A stretch of 64,000 bases of DNA from Bacteroidales bacterium (GTDB lineage Bacteria; Bacteroidota; Bacteroidia; Bacteroidales; WCHB1-69), in contig JAZSKB010000051.1 of the NCBI GenBank assembly GCA_045534635.1, positions 4,663-68,662 of the forward strand, read 5' to 3'. Positions 1 to 10,675 of this stretch are shown here, in pieces. Under the pieces are notes generated by a model. It made no database searches. It was not told the DNA's origin and worked only from the letters and a program-made list of their open reading frames with translations. Position numbers and translations under genes: made by a program. The number at the start of each line of letters is the position of its first letter. Within the stretch, counting starts at the first letter, position 1.

Positions 1-1
1 A

Positions 2-1465
2 CGTTTAGGAGAATTGATGCAAATGCCTGAATATTTATGGGACGAAAAAACTGGTATTTATTTTTTCAATAGACCTTTTAGTAACACACAAGGAGCCTTA
101 AATATATTAGGTAATTGGGCTTCACGTTGCATTCCTCAAGATGTAACAAGTACAGACGATTATCGACCTTCTCAACCTAATCATATTGCTTGGAAACATG
201 TTGGAAATTGTCACGAAGATGCTTTATTGATAGTTGCTGCGGCACGAACAGCGTTGATTCCTTGTATTCATGTCGGCGATTTTTGTGATGACCACGTTTG
301 GGCAGCTATTCATGATGGAGGTGATGATATTTGGCATCATTTTGAATTTTTCCGTGGAGGTCTTTCTGCAAATCGTCCGTATTATTGGGGAATGACTAAT
401 TTACAACCTAATGGAAATTATGGTTGGAAAAGTTCTCTTGTTCAAGGATTTACGCCAGATGCTACATTAATCAATATGTCTTCTATTTATTCTGATGATA
501 CTCCTTCAATTCTCAATATAACCATTACGGACCCTGAAGGAAATCCTGTTGATGGTGTTAGAGTAAATTTATATTCGGCAAATACACAGTATGGAGAAAG
601 CAAACCTTATGTTCTGTCTGCTGGTTATTTATGGACAGATGCTAATGGAAAAATATCTGCCCAAGTAGGTTCTGGAAAAAAATATTATATGAAACTTTAT
701 CACCCAAAATTTGGAACATTCCCAACAACAAGTGGTCAAGTTTATATTTTAATAAAATCTTCTTTAAACAATGCTGCTGTTAATTCTGTTGCAGGAAAAT
801 CTTATGATATTTCGTTTTCTTTTCCAAAAAATGCATCTACTTCAAGACATAATATTTCCTCATTGCAAACCGAATATGTTTCTAACAAAAGCGTTGAACT
901 TACGCTCAATGCAAGCAATATTACCATAGGAGATAATCCTATTGATGGAGGTTCTTCTTTCTATGAAAGAACGAACAATCTTGCTGGTTTAAATATTTAT
1001 GCTGTTGACGAAACAAATATTAACGCTTTTAAATCTGGAACATTAAGTGGAAATGCCGAATATTGTTTTGGTTCTTTAGCAAAAGGTAGTTTTAAAGTTC
1101 CTGTACACAATTCTGGAACAACATATATTGTTGTATCAAACAACAATAATTATCTCAATTATATTGAAGTAGAATACGATGCACAAATGTCTGATAGTAC
1201 GTCATTTACAGAAATTACAGGAATTTCTACAAATTCTACACCTTTGCAAAATATGACAATTTTTCCTAATCCTGCACAATCAAAAATCACTATTTCAACA
1301 GAAAATATTGAAAATGAAGAGATTTTTATCTATGACATTACAGGCAAATTATTGAAAAAAAGTTATTTGACAAATGGTGATTGTTGCATTGATATTCAAC
1401 ATTTTGCGAAGGGAATGTATATTATCAAATGCGGTAATTTTATTCAAAAATTTGTAAAGCAATAA
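2..1465 (+). CDS. Secreted transglutaminase-like (Cys-His-Asp core) protein with a T9SS C-terminal sorting domain; the 5' end is probably outside the window
   Basis: The frame is open from base 2. GNCHEDA...DDHVWAAIHDGG resembles a transglutaminase-like cysteine protease core. The last ~80 aa (TIFPNPAQSKITIS...GMYIIKCG) fit the Bacteroidota T9SS CTD pattern. Confidence 0.6.
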   Translation, partial: RLGELMQMPEYLWDEKTGIYFFNRPFSNTQGALNILGNWASRCIPQDVTSTDDYRPSQPNHIAWKHVGNCHEDALLIVAAARTALIPCIHVGDFCDDHVWAAIHDGGDDIWHHFEFFRGGLSANRPYYWGMTNLQPNGNYGWKSSLVQGFTPDATLINMSSIYSDDTPSILNITITDPEGNPVDGVRVNLYSANTQYGESKPYVLSAGYLWTDANGKISAQVGSGKKYYMKLYHPKFGTFPTTSGQVYILIKSSLNNAAVNSVAGKSYDISFSFPKNASTSRHNISSLQTEYVSNKSVELTLNASNITIGDNPIDGGSSFYERTNNLAGLNIYAVDETNINAFKSGTLSGNAEYCFGSLAKGSFKVPVHNSGTTYIVVSNNNNYLNYIEVEYDAQMSDSTSFTEITGISTNSTPLQNMTIFPNPAQSKITISTENIENEEIFIYDITGKLLKKSYLTNGDCCIDIQHFAKGMYIIKCGNFIQKFVKQ

Positions 1466-1505
1466 ATTGTTAATAGTCAAATGTCTATAATTAAAAATTT
1501 TATGT

Positions 1506-1513
1506 TATCTTTG
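1506..1513 (+). promoter_or_regulatory. Bacteroidota sigma-A -7 box (TATCTTTG) upstream of thyA
   Basis: Exact TAnnTTTG match 29 nt upstream of the thyA ATG. Confidence 0.55.
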
Positions 1514-1541
1514 CAAAAAAAGTAATTATTACAATTTTGGT

Positions 1542-2333
1542 ATGAAACAATATCTCAATTTATTGGAATACATTCTTGACAATGGCGTTTATAAGGCAGA
1601 CCGAACAGGTACAGGCACTTATAGTGTCTTTGGTTACCAAACACGTTTCAATTTGCAAGAGGGTTTTCCATTATTGACTACCAAAAAATTACATTTAAAA
1701 TCCATAATTTACGAATTATTATGGTTTTTGCAAGGTAATACAAATATTGACTATTTACATCAAAATAAAGTTAGTATTTGGGACGAATGGGCAGACGAAA
1801 ATGGAGAATTGGGTCCCATTTATGGTCATCAATGGAGGAAATGGACATCTTGCGATGGTGCAATAGACCAAATCAGTCAAGCGATAGAAACAATCAAAAA
1901 CAATCCTGATTCAAGGAGAATAATCGTTTCCAGTTGGAATGTTGGAGATTTGCCATATATGCGTCTCCATCCTTGTCATGTTTTATTTCAATTTTATGTA
2001 TCTAATGGCGAACTTTCTTGTCAATTGTACCAACGCAGTGCTGACGCATTTTTAGGTGTTCCTTTCAATATAGCCTCTTATGCACTGCTTACTTTGATGA
2101 TAGCACAAGTTACAAATCTTAAAGCCAAAGATTTTGTTCATACTTTTGGAGATTTACATTTATATGCTAATCACATAGAACAAGCAAAATTGCAAATTAC
2201 GCGTCAACCATTTTCTTTGCCAAATATGACCCTAAATCCAAAAATAACAAATATTTTTGATTTTAAATACGAAGATTTTTCTTTATCAAATTATCAATCA
2301 CATCCGCACATTAAAGCGGAAGTTGCTATTTAG
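1542..2333 (+). CDS. thyA: Thymidylate synthase
   Basis: 263 aa with full-length ThyA hallmarks: DRTGTGT, IWDEWAD, RRIIVSAWN-like (RRIIVSSWN), PCH active-site Cys, and the [23 protein letters not shown] block. Confidence 0.97.
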   Translation: MKQYLNLLEYILDNGVYKADRTGTGTYSVFGYQTRFNLQEGFPLLTTKKLHLKSIIYELLWFLQGNTNIDYLHQNKVSIWDEWADENGELGPIYGHQWRKWTSCDGAIDQISQAIETIKNNPDSRRIIVSSWNVGDLPYMRLHPCHVLFQFYVSNGELSCQLYQRSADAFLGVPFNIASYALLTLMIAQVTNLKAKDFVHTFGDLHLYANHIEQAKLQITRQPFSLPNMTLNPKITNIFDFKYEDFSLSNYQSHPHIKAEVAI

Positions 2334-2380
2334 AAACCTAATTTAATTTAAATATAGTAATAACTCAAAAACAACCGATT

Positions 2381-3241
2381 ATGTTAAAAAATGTTATTGT
2401 TGGTATAGATTTTTCAGAGTGTTCTTACAACGCTATGAAACACGGAATATCGTTAGCAGCAAACCTTAAAGCACCTCTTACATTGCTTTATGTTGTTTCT
2501 CCTGATGCAAAATTGGTAATAGATGCTACTCATAAAGACGATTCAGACATTCTTAATTTTGCAGAAGTAAAACTTAAAGAATGGGTTAATGAATGTAAAA
2601 CTTACTTGCCAGATATTGAGGTAACTTCTAAAATACGTATGGGCAAACCATCTAAAGAAATTAATGCAGAAGCTAAATTTCAAGGAAATGCTATTACCGT
2701 ATTAGGAACACATGGTTGTAGTGGCGTTAAAGAATTTTTTATAGGTAGTTCTGCTTTTAAAACAGTAAGTGGAGCTTCTAATCCTATTCTTACTATTCGT
2801 AATAATATTGATATTCATCGTGATTTAACAGATATTCTTGTAGTTATAGACGATACTCTCGAAACATTACAAAAACTAAAATATGCTGCTGTATTAGCAA
2901 AAAATTTTCAAGCAAAAATACACCTTCTTGGCTTATATACAGCAAAATATCCTGAAATTCGTAATGTTGTAAATGCTTATTTAGAAAGAGCCTCTATTTA
3001 TCTTACAGAGAAAAATGTTCGTTTTGAAACTAGCACTACTGAAGTTACACGTAAAATAGATACCGTATTGTTAGAAGCCAAAAAACGCAATGTCAATTTA
3101 ATTATTGTTATGAAAGAACTTGAATTGGCAGGAGAAAATGTGTTTATGATGGCTCCTTTCAGTGAAAGAATTGTTAATCGCTCGAACATTCCTATTTTGA
3201 CTGTTCCTGTTGATACAAACATTTATCCTAAAGAAATATAA
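2381..3241 (+). CDS. Universal stress protein family protein (two tandem Usp domains)
   Basis: 286 aa. Two repeats of the Usp-like pattern (VGIDFSE...LLYV..., G.HG.SG..EFFIGS, IPILTV). Confidence 0.75.
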   Translation: MLKNVIVGIDFSECSYNAMKHGISLAANLKAPLTLLYVVSPDAKLVIDATHKDDSDILNFAEVKLKEWVNECKTYLPDIEVTSKIRMGKPSKEINAEAKFQGNAITVLGTHGCSGVKEFFIGSSAFKTVSGASNPILTIRNNIDIHRDLTDILVVIDDTLETLQKLKYAAVLAKNFQAKIHLLGLYTAKYPEIRNVVNAYLERASIYLTEKNVRFETSTTEVTRKIDTVLLEAKKRNVNLIIVMKELELAGENVFMMAPFSERIVNRSNIPILTVPVDTNIYPKEI

Positions 3242-3251
3242 ATTTTGAAAC

Positions 3252-3284
3252 AAGGGTTGTCTGATTTACGCTTAGACAACCCTT
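3252..3284 (+). terminator. Rho-independent-type hairpin after the usp gene
   Basis: 11-bp perfect stem AAGGGTTGTCT/AGACAACCCTT followed by a T-rich tail. Confidence 0.6.
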
Positions 3285-3297
3285 TAATTTGTTGATT

Positions 3298-4296
3298 ATG
3301 AAAAAAATATTTTGTATTTATATAGCAATAGTTTCATTTTTTTCAGCATGTAATGGTTTAGGTTCCAACGAAGCAGGATTGTTATCCTCTTCTGGTCGTT
3401 CTAGTGAAATTATGGTTGTTTGTCCCAATTCTGATTGGAAAACTACTTTGGGAGATAGTTTACAAAGTGTTTTAATGCAACCTTTACCTCATCTTCCACA
3501 AGAAGAACCTTTTTTTACTTTGTCACACGTAACTGCAGAAAATTTTTCTGCAGCTTATCAAAAACAAAGAAATATTCTCTATTTTGATATTAATTCAAAA
3601 ATCAACGACCCTAAGGTAACGATAAGTTATAATGTATGGGCAGAACCTCAAATATTAATTCGTATTTCTTCCAATAGCATTGATAATGCTATATCATTGT
3701 TTTCTAATAATGCCGATAAAATTAAAAATCTTGTTCTTCAAAGTGAATTTAAACGATTTCATCGTGCTCACCTTTCTCGACAAGATTTCAAAATCTCTTC
3801 TATTTTAAAACAAAATTATAATCTTGATATGATTGTTCCTCAAGGTTATTTTTTTGCAGTAAAACGAAAAGATTTTCTTTGGCTTAGAAAAGAGACCAAA
3901 GATTGGGGTCAAAATGTAATGATATTTATTGAAAACTATACCGATACTTGTCAATTCAATAAAAATTATATTCTCAATTTACGTGATACTCTTTCCAAAA
4001 AATATGTTTTTGGCTCTGTTGAAAATTCGTATATGACAACAGAAAAAAATATTTTACCTGCCGAATGTTACTATATGTATAATAATCCGTATTATACAAT
4101 AAAAACAGAAGGGTTATGGAAAATGAATGGAGATTTTATGGGAGGTCCTTTTATCAGTTATACAATGCTTGACACAATTTTCAATCGTGTGGTAACAGTT
4201 GATGGTTTTTTGTATGCACCTTCTGATTCTAAACGAGATTTGTTACGACAAATTGAGACTATATTAAAATCAACGGTTTTCATTTCCAATGAATAG
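3298..4296 (+). CDS. Hypothetical lipoprotein (possibly DUF4837-like)
   Basis: ATG at 3298 gives MKKIFCIYIAIVSFFSAC, a lipobox signal peptide. The DUF assignment is recall only, with no catalytic motif recognised. Confidence 0.5.
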   Translation: MKKIFCIYIAIVSFFSACNGLGSNEAGLLSSSGRSSEIMVVCPNSDWKTTLGDSLQSVLMQPLPHLPQEEPFFTLSHVTAENFSAAYQKQRNILYFDINSKINDPKVTISYNVWAEPQILIRISSNSIDNAISLFSNNADKIKNLVLQSEFKRFHRAHLSRQDFKISSILKQNYNLDMIVPQGYFFAVKRKDFLWLRKETKDWGQNVMIFIENYTDTCQFNKNYILNLRDTLSKKYVFGSVENSYMTTEKNILPAECYYMYNNPYYTIKTEGLWKMNGDFMGGPFISYTMLDTIFNRVVTVDGFLYAPSDSKRDLLRQIETILKSTVFISNE

Positions 4297-5731
4297 ATTC
4301 TTTTTATTGAAATTCTTTTTTTTATGTATTTTGTTTTGGCAAAATACTTTATTTTCACAAGCCTACAATCCTCCTATACGTATGGAATTAACTTTATTAA
4401 AAGATTATCAATCCATAAAAATGAATGTTGTAGGAAAAAATGGTCTTGTTGTTGTTGCAGACAATGAAGATAAAAAATCTTGGACTTTAAGTCATTACGA
4501 TACAAATTTTTACAATATTATTTCTAAAAAAATTGATTTCAATACAACGGTTGCTCTTTACAAAGTTTTTGTTACAGAAACACTTTATTGTGCTGTTTTT
4601 CATTCTCAATATACAACAAGTCACAATACTTTTTTTCTTTCTTACGATATAGAACATCAAAAAATAAATGTCTATGCTGTCAATCTTCCTGAAAAAGAAT
4701 ATGTTGTTTTTCTTGGACAAATTGGAGATTTTATTGTTTTTTCAACTGTAAACAATAAACGAGAAATATTGTACTCTCTCGATTGTAAAACATCTTCTGT
4801 TTCAAAATTAAATTTCGGGACAAATGAAGGGTCTTATACTATCGAATTTTTACAAAAAGATACTTTTAACAATTGTTTACAAATAGGTGCTATTTGTTAC
4901 GAAAAAGGAATTGTAAACATTGCTTTGACATCTGTCAATGATTCAGGTACAATAGAAAATATCGTCAAAACAAATCTTGATGAAAAATATCTTATTTCTT
5001 CTTTGCAATATGTTGCAGTAGGTGATGATTATCAAATTATTACAGGAAGTTTCCGACTTAAAGGAATTATGAACAACAATCAAAATATAAGTAATGGTTT
5101 ATTTACCATTTCTATTGCTAACAATAATATTGAGAAAATACATTATCTTCCTTATTCAAATATTGAAAATCTCAATTCTTCACAAAGAAAGAGTATGCTA
5201 TCCAATAACACTTATAGTCATACTTATTCCATTTGTCAAAATGATAGTTTACATGTCCTTGTTACAGAATTTTATAATATTGAATTTAGTTCTACTTATT
5301 CCACATTAACGAGTTACGATTATGCATATCCTACTTATAGATACAATTTTGCTCTTATTTCTTTTATTAACAAAGAAGGTTATTTTTCCAACTTTTATAT
5401 CTTCAGTTTCAATGGATTAAGTTCAAAAGAAGTATTATATTTGCTTGCTGGACAAATGACAGAGGAAGGTTTGTTAATTTATTTTGCTTTTGAAGATAAT
5501 CTTTACTCTATTACTTACAATAAAGAAACCAATACACAACCAGTTCAAATAGAAAGCATATTACCGCTACATCGTTCAGATATAGTAAAATTCAATTATG
5601 CTGCCGATTGCTTACATTGGTACGACAACAAATACATTTATATTGGAAAACAAAAATTACTTAAACGAGGTGCTTCTAAAAAAACGGGGATTCGTACCGT
5701 TCTTTATGCTTCAAAATTAATTTATGATTAA
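4289..5731 (+). CDS. Hypothetical secreted protein
   Basis: 480 aa with N-terminal signal peptide FFFLCILFWQNTLFSQA. Its start overlaps the upstream stop codon, suggesting an operon with 3298..4296. Confidence 0.5.
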   Translation: MNRFFLLKFFFLCILFWQNTLFSQAYNPPIRMELTLLKDYQSIKMNVVGKNGLVVVADNEDKKSWTLSHYDTNFYNIISKKIDFNTTVALYKVFVTETLYCAVFHSQYTTSHNTFFLSYDIEHQKINVYAVNLPEKEYVVFLGQIGDFIVFSTVNNKREILYSLDCKTSSVSKLNFGTNEGSYTIEFLQKDTFNNCLQIGAICYEKGIVNIALTSVNDSGTIENIVKTNLDEKYLISSLQYVAVGDDYQIITGSFRLKGIMNNNQNISNGLFTISIANNNIEKIHYLPYSNIENLNSSQRKSMLSNNTYSHTYSICQNDSLHVLVTEFYNIEFSSTYSTLTSYDYAYPTYRYNFALISFINKEGYFSNFYIFSFNGLSSKEVLYLLAGQMTEEGLLIYFAFEDNLYSITYNKETNTQPVQIESILPLHRSDIVKFNYAADCLHWYDNKYIYIGKQKLLKRGASKKTGIRTVLYASKLIYD

Positions 5732-6651
5732 TCTAACATAAGAGACATAAAAGGCAATTGCAAAATTGTTTTGAATAACAGTTCAATATCTGAATGTTCT
5801 TTCCATTTGTGTTGTAATTTATCAGGCAGACAATCTTGAATTATTTCTGCATTGGTGACACGCCACATTCCCAAAAGTTCATAATTTTCTTTTTTCGTTG
5901 TTGGTTGAAATAAATACAAATTATCTATTTGATAATACAACATTATGTTGTTTAGTATCAATTCTTTATTTTTATGATTTGTTAATAACTCTTTTACGAT
6001 TAAGTCTCCATTTTGAAAAGAACAAAACGCCAAAGCACTTATTTGTTCATTAGTTTTTAGTGCAAAAATATTTCCTTTTGCTAAACGATAATCTTGAAAA
6101 ATTACTTTAAAATCGTCTATAGTTTTTTGTATGCAAAAATCTCTTTTTTGAGAATGTTCGTTATAAAATTGATATGCCAAAGCAATTTGATTATCTGTAA
6201 TTGGAAAAATTTTTTCCGATGCTTGACTATTTGTAAAAAAAACTTTATTTTTTTGATAACCAAATGCTTGTATATATCCTAATTGATTGTAAAAATTCAC
6301 CAACCATTTCTCTTGAGGAATAAGAACAGAAAACGCAATATTGTTTTGTTCATTAATAATAAATGATTTTTGTAATAAACTTTTCATCAATCCTTTTCCG
6401 CGAAATTCTGGCAAGGTAGCCGCTCCCGATATATATACAATATTGACCTTTTTACCAAAAAAAGTCATTGTATAAGGTAACATTTGAATAGCGGCAATTA
6501 CACGATTGTTGAAACGATATACTAAAGTATATTCTTTTTTGTATTTTTCACGAAAATACATATCTACAAAACATTCACTATCATCAGGAAAACAAATTTT
6601 CCATAGTTGTACCAAGTCATTAAAATCCGTATTTTGAGCAAAATCTATCAT
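5728..6651 (-). CDS. GNAT family N-acetyltransferase (Eis-like length)
   Basis: 307 aa. Acetyl-CoA pocket motif LPEFRGKGLMKSLL. ATGA stop/start overlap with the upstream gene. Confidence 0.7.
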   Translation of the reverse strand: MIDFAQNTDFNDLVQLWKICFPDDSECFVDMYFREKYKKEYTLVYRFNNRVIAAIQMLPYTMTFFGKKVNIVYISGAATLPEFRGKGLMKSLLQKSFIINEQNNIAFSVLIPQEKWLVNFYNQLGYIQAFGYQKNKVFFTNSQASEKIFPITDNQIALAYQFYNEHSQKRDFCIQKTIDDFKVIFQDYRLAKGNIFALKTNEQISALAFCSFQNGDLIVKELLTNHKNKELILNNIMLYYQIDNLYLFQPTTKKENYELLGMWRVTNAEIIQDCLPDKLQHKWKEHSDIELLFKTILQLPFMSLMLD

Positions 6652-7535
6652 TTCAAAATGGCATTGTATCTATGTAACATTTTATATGGTTGATAAGATA
6701 ATTTTGCTTTTCTTAAACCAGCCTCTCCCATATCTTCTTCTCTATTGATATAAACAATTTCATTTGGTAAAACACTCAAAAACAACTTGTTAATAATTGT
6801 ATATGCTCCTTTATAATTTGCAAGTGCTTTTTCTATATTTACATCAAAAGTAGAATTATTGATAAAACTTCCTAAAGTAAAAGCGATTACATTTCCTTCA
6901 ACACGCAAAACGCCTCCTATCATATCCAATTGTTCAAAATTAATTAGTGCTTTTTTTACAGCACAACTTTCTTGTTGCAATGAGCAATTTTCTTCGCCAC
7001 AATCATTTTCTTTTGACCACAATTCATGCATTGACAAACATTCTTTTATATCATTTTTTGTCATTGGATGAAATGTATAATTGTATGTCTTTTCAAATTG
7101 ATGAATGTGATTGCGTTTTGGTTGTAATTTCTTGCCAGACAACGAAATAAGATTTTCTTTCAAATACAAATATTCTGAACTATTTCTTTCATACGAAATT
7201 TCAAATTGATTAGGAAACATTTCTTCTAATTCTTTTTTCATAGAATCATTAAGGTTAACAAAAATCAATTGTTTTTTTTCTTGTTGAGTACTTTCTATCA
7301 ACTTTGATATTAATTTTTTTTTATCTCCATTTCCTATAGGAAAATTATAATAGATTTCATCAACCCCTCCACGAATTAAAAGCAATTGATTTTCAATAAT
7401 ATAATGCGGTAAAAAATGTTCTCCCCAAATAATGAAATTAACAAAATTGTGGGTACATATTTGTGACAATGAATTGAATAAAATAGGTTTTATTATTGAT
7501 TTATCTTCTATTGTTATCGGACGAAATTCCATCAT
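6648..7535 (-). CDS. DUF2156 domain protein (related to the C-terminal aminoacyl-transferase domain of MprF)
   Basis: 295 aa. The length and pattern are recalled as the standalone DUF2156 family. ATGA overlaps occur on both sides. Confidence 0.5.
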   Translation of the reverse strand: MMEFRPITIEDKSIIKPILFNSLSQICTHNFVNFIIWGEHFLPHYIIENQLLLIRGGVDEIYYNFPIGNGDKKKLISKLIESTQQEKKQLIFVNLNDSMKKELEEMFPNQFEISYERNSSEYLYLKENLISLSGKKLQPKRNHIHQFEKTYNYTFHPMTKNDIKECLSMHELWSKENDCGEENCSLQQESCAVKKALINFEQLDMIGGVLRVEGNVIAFTLGSFINNSTFDVNIEKALANYKGAYTIINKLFLSVLPNEIVYINREEDMGEAGLRKAKLSYQPYKMLHRYNAILK

Positions 7536-9049
7536 TTTTTACAATGTTCTTTTCTTAATAAATCGTTGATTGTCTTTACAGGAGAAAAAGTCGAAAGAGG
7601 TACGGAAACAAATATTGTCAACCAATTGGACATTGCTCCATTCCACAATCCCGGATTTTCTATTGCTTTGATATTTTTGCCTTCAAATGTTTTATTTGTA
7701 ACAAAAAAACGCTGATAATCAATATATTGATACAAATCAAAAGATTCTCCTTTATAATTTTTTGTTGCACAAACCAAATCTACAGGATTAAAAAATTGTG
7801 AACTTTCTAAAATATTTTTTTGTAATTGATTATCAAGATTAATTTCCGATGTTTCAACTATCTGTAAATTTTCTTCATTATTTTCTGTATTGTAAACCCA
7901 AAAAGGACCTCCTCCGGGTTCGCCTTCTTGTTTTACTACTCCACAAACACGTATCGGACGATTGAGTAATCGGTACAAATATTGTACTTTTTTTTCTTCG
8001 CTAAGTTGTTTGTAATAATCGGACAATTTTACAAAAAAACATTTTTGAAGAATATTTTCTGCTTTTTGAATATTTTCAGCTATTTTCGTTTGATTATCAA
8101 ATTGTTGTAAAACAGAAAAAATATCCTGTTGAAAATCTAACAACAAAGATGCTAAGATTTTTTTATATTTTATGGTATCTGCACGTAAATCGTCGGTAGT
8201 AACATTGTCAATATTTTTTATAAAAATAACATCTGCATCTATTTCATTAAGATTTTTTATCAAACTACCATGTCCTCCTGGACGAAAAACCAATCGATTG
8301 TTTTTATCTCTAAACAATTCATTGTTACAATCAAATGTCAAAGTATTTGTTGAAGAATGTTGAAAAGAATAAGTAACATCGAATTTTACATTAAACAAAA
8401 CTTCGTATTGATTGACAAAATTTGCTACATTTTGGCAAAATAAATCAGAGTGTTCTGGTGAAATCGTAAAATGAACACGAGCGACATTATTTTTATTTGT
8501 TGTATAAGCAACACTTTCTATCAAATGTTCTTCTATAGGAGTTCTTATTTCTTGATTATATTTATGAAAATGCAACAAACCTTTTGGCAAATGAAGATAA
8601 TTAAGACCTTTTTCAAACAAAAGATATTTAAAAATAGTTGTGTAATCTTTTTCTTGAATAAGTGTTTCTATTTGTAAACCATCTTGTTGCATTTTTTCTT
8701 TCAATTTGGGATAAAAAGCAAATGATGACAAATTTTCAACAACAACTTTTACCGATTCAGATTCAACATTTTCATTGATAAAAGTAACAATATCTTTAAA
8801 CATTCGAGTAGCCGCTCCCGAAGCAGGAACAAATTTTACAAGTTTTTTTTCTCCTACTTTCTTTTTATAATTGCCTAACATTGAATTAATTTTGTCTTCT
8901 TCAATAACATACAATCCATTGTTAGCAACAATTGGTGCGAACAATTCTACTTTTGATTTATCACAAGTTATTACGGACATTTGATTATTAATATCCGAAA
9001 TCGAAATACCTTGTTGAGAAATATCATTATAATCTTGTTCTGTAAACAC
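7532..9049 (-). CDS. DUF4301-like protein with a predicted UDP-sugar pyrophosphorylase-like nucleotidyltransferase fold
   Basis: 505 aa with an apparent GTG start. FVPASGAATRMFK and RPGGHGSL resemble UGPase-family glycine-rich and GHG motifs. Confidence 0.5.
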   Translation of the reverse strand: MFTEQDYNDISQQGISISDINNQMSVITCDKSKVELFAPIVANNGLYVIEEDKINSMLGNYKKKVGEKKLVKFVPASGAATRMFKDIVTFINENVESESVKVVVENLSSFAFYPKLKEKMQQDGLQIETLIQEKDYTTIFKYLLFEKGLNYLHLPKGLLHFHKYNQEIRTPIEEHLIESVAYTTNKNNVARVHFTISPEHSDLFCQNVANFVNQYEVLFNVKFDVTYSFQHSSTNTLTFDCNNELFRDKNNRLVFRPGGHGSLIKNLNEIDADVIFIKNIDNVTTDDLRADTIKYKKILASLLLDFQQDIFSVLQQFDNQTKIAENIQKAENILQKCFFVKLSDYYKQLSEEKKVQYLYRLLNRPIRVCGVVKQEGEPGGGPFWVYNTENNEENLQIVETSEINLDNQLQKNILESSQFFNPVDLVCATKNYKGESFDLYQYIDYQRFFVTNKTFEGKNIKAIENPGLWNGAMSNWLTIFVSVPLSTFSPVKTINDLLRKEHCKK

Positions 9050-9067
9050 AATCTAACATAGTTTTAT

Positions 9068-9095
9068 AAAAGGAGACAAGTTTTTGTCTCCTTTT
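9068..9095 (-). terminator. Hairpin terminator downstream of the 9118..9543 lipoprotein gene
   Basis: 10-bp stem AAAAGGAGAC/GTCTCCTTTT with A/T runs on both sides. Confidence 0.6.
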
Positions 9096-9117
9096 ATTAT
9101 TAAATACTTAATTTTAC

Positions 9118-9543
9118 TTACAAATTTGTCTTTTTGGTATATATTTTTTCTCCATTAGGAAAACCTTCAGATTCGTCAACAAGCAAAATCAATTTGTTAT
9201 TTTCTATTCTATATTTGTATGTACAATCTGCTACTTTTTCTCCATCATTTCTCTTTTGATTTGAAAAAGTTATTTTATTGTTTTTGCGTTCATAATTTCC
9301 TTCTATTATCCAACTGGTAAGGTTTTTATTACGCAACATATAAGTTTGTTTAAATTGTTGTTTGCTTCCTGAATCAAAGTAAAGAACTTCTTTACAAGAA
9401 TCTACTTCTAACCCTTTTGCTTCTTTAATATCTATTTCCCAAGAACCAAGAATAGACATTTTGTCGTATTTGTTACAACTCATTGAAAGCATTCCAACAA
9501 AAGTAAATGCTACTACGATAGATAAAATTTTTTTTGTTTTCAT
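9118..9543 (-). CDS. Hypothetical small lipoprotein
   Basis: 141 aa. MKTKKILSIVVAFTFVGMLSMSC is a lipobox signal peptide. Confidence 0.55.
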   Translation of the reverse strand: MKTKKILSIVVAFTFVGMLSMSCNKYDKMSILGSWEIDIKEAKGLEVDSCKEVLYFDSGSKQQFKQTYMLRNKNLTSWIIEGNYERKNNKITFSNQKRNDGEKVADCTYKYRIENNKLILLVDESEGFPNGEKIYTKKTNL

Positions 9544-9559
9544 ATTCTACAATTTTTAT

Positions 9560-10531
9560 TTAATAATATTTATTGACAAGGAGATAATTTTGTACATAAT
9601 CTTTTACACCTTCTTCCAAAGAGGTAAAAGGTTTTTTATATCCAGAATGAATAAGTTTATCCATTTCTGCTTGAGTAAAGTATTGATATTTATCTCTAAT
9701 ATCCAATGGCATATCTACAAATTCTATTTTAGGTTCTTTATTCATTGCCCAAAATGTTGCTTTGGCTAAATCTAAAAAAGAACGGGCTTTTCCTGTCCCT
9801 ACATTGTATAATCCAGATTCTGGACGCTCTTCCATTAAATACGTTATTACAGAAATCACATCTTTTACATAAACAAAATCTCGTGTTTGTTCTCCATCTT
9901 TTACGTCTAATCGATGTGATTTAAATAATTGAACTTTGCCTCTATTGTTGATTTGATGAAATGCGTGTAAAATAACCGATGACATTCGATTTTTATGGTA
10001 TTCATTTGGTCCATAAACATTAAAAAATTTCAACCCTGCCCAAAATGGTGGTTCTTCTTCTTGAGATAATGCCCATTTATCAAAATCATTTTTAGATTTT
10101 CCATAAAGATTGAGCGGTTGCAATTTTCCTACAATATGGTGATTATCGGTATAACCATATTCTCCATTCCCATAAGTAGCTGCTGAAGAGGCATATATAA
10201 GTGGAATCTGATACAAACAACAATTTTCCCATACTTGTTGAGTATAACATAAATTAAGTTCTTCCAACAATTCCCAATTTTGTTCTGTTGTATCTGTTCG
10301 TGCCCCTATATGTAATATAAAATCCACAGTTGCATTATTGGCATCTAACCATGAAAAAAATTCTGTACGACTAACTTTTTCTACAAATGGCTTATGTTCA
10401 ATATTGTGAAGTTTCTCCATTTTTGAGAAATCATCAACTGCTACTATATGTAGATAGCCCATTTCATGCAACTTTTGCAATAAACAACTACCAATAAAAC
10501 CTGCTGCTCCTGTTACAACAACATTATTCAT
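9560..10531 (-). CDS. hldD: ADP-L-glycero-D-manno-heptose 6-epimerase
   Basis: 323 aa. TGAAGFIGS Rossmann motif plus blocks shared with E. coli HldD: ASSAATYG, FNVYGPNE.HK, RDFVYVKDV, GTGKARSF, YQYFTQAEM. Confidence 0.88.
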   Translation of the reverse strand: MNNVVVTGAAGFIGSCLLQKLHEMGYLHIVAVDDFSKMEKLHNIEHKPFVEKVSRTEFFSWLDANNATVDFILHIGARTDTTEQNWELLEELNLCYTQQVWENCCLYQIPLIYASSAATYGNGEYGYTDNHHIVGKLQPLNLYGKSKNDFDKWALSQEEEPPFWAGLKFFNVYGPNEYHKNRMSSVILHAFHQINNRGKVQLFKSHRLDVKDGEQTRDFVYVKDVISVITYLMEERPESGLYNVGTGKARSFLDLAKATFWAMNKEPKIEFVDMPLDIRDKYQYFTQAEMDKLIHSGYKKPFTSLEEGVKDYVQNYLLVNKYY

Positions 10532-10556
10532 TTTTTTCTATTCTAAGAATATTTTG

Positions 10557-10564
10557 CAAAGATA
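10557..10564 (-). promoter_or_regulatory. -7 box (TATCTTTG on the minus strand) for hldD
   Basis: Exact TAnnTTTG match 26 nt upstream of the hldD ATG. Confidence 0.55.
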
Positions 10565-10675
10565 ACATTTTTTTAAATACAATGAAAAATTGATAATAAA
10601 TAAATAGACTCAAAAAGCAAAATAAAAAATATAAGAATGCTGTTTGTATTTTTGTATGAAAAAAAATTGTAATTT

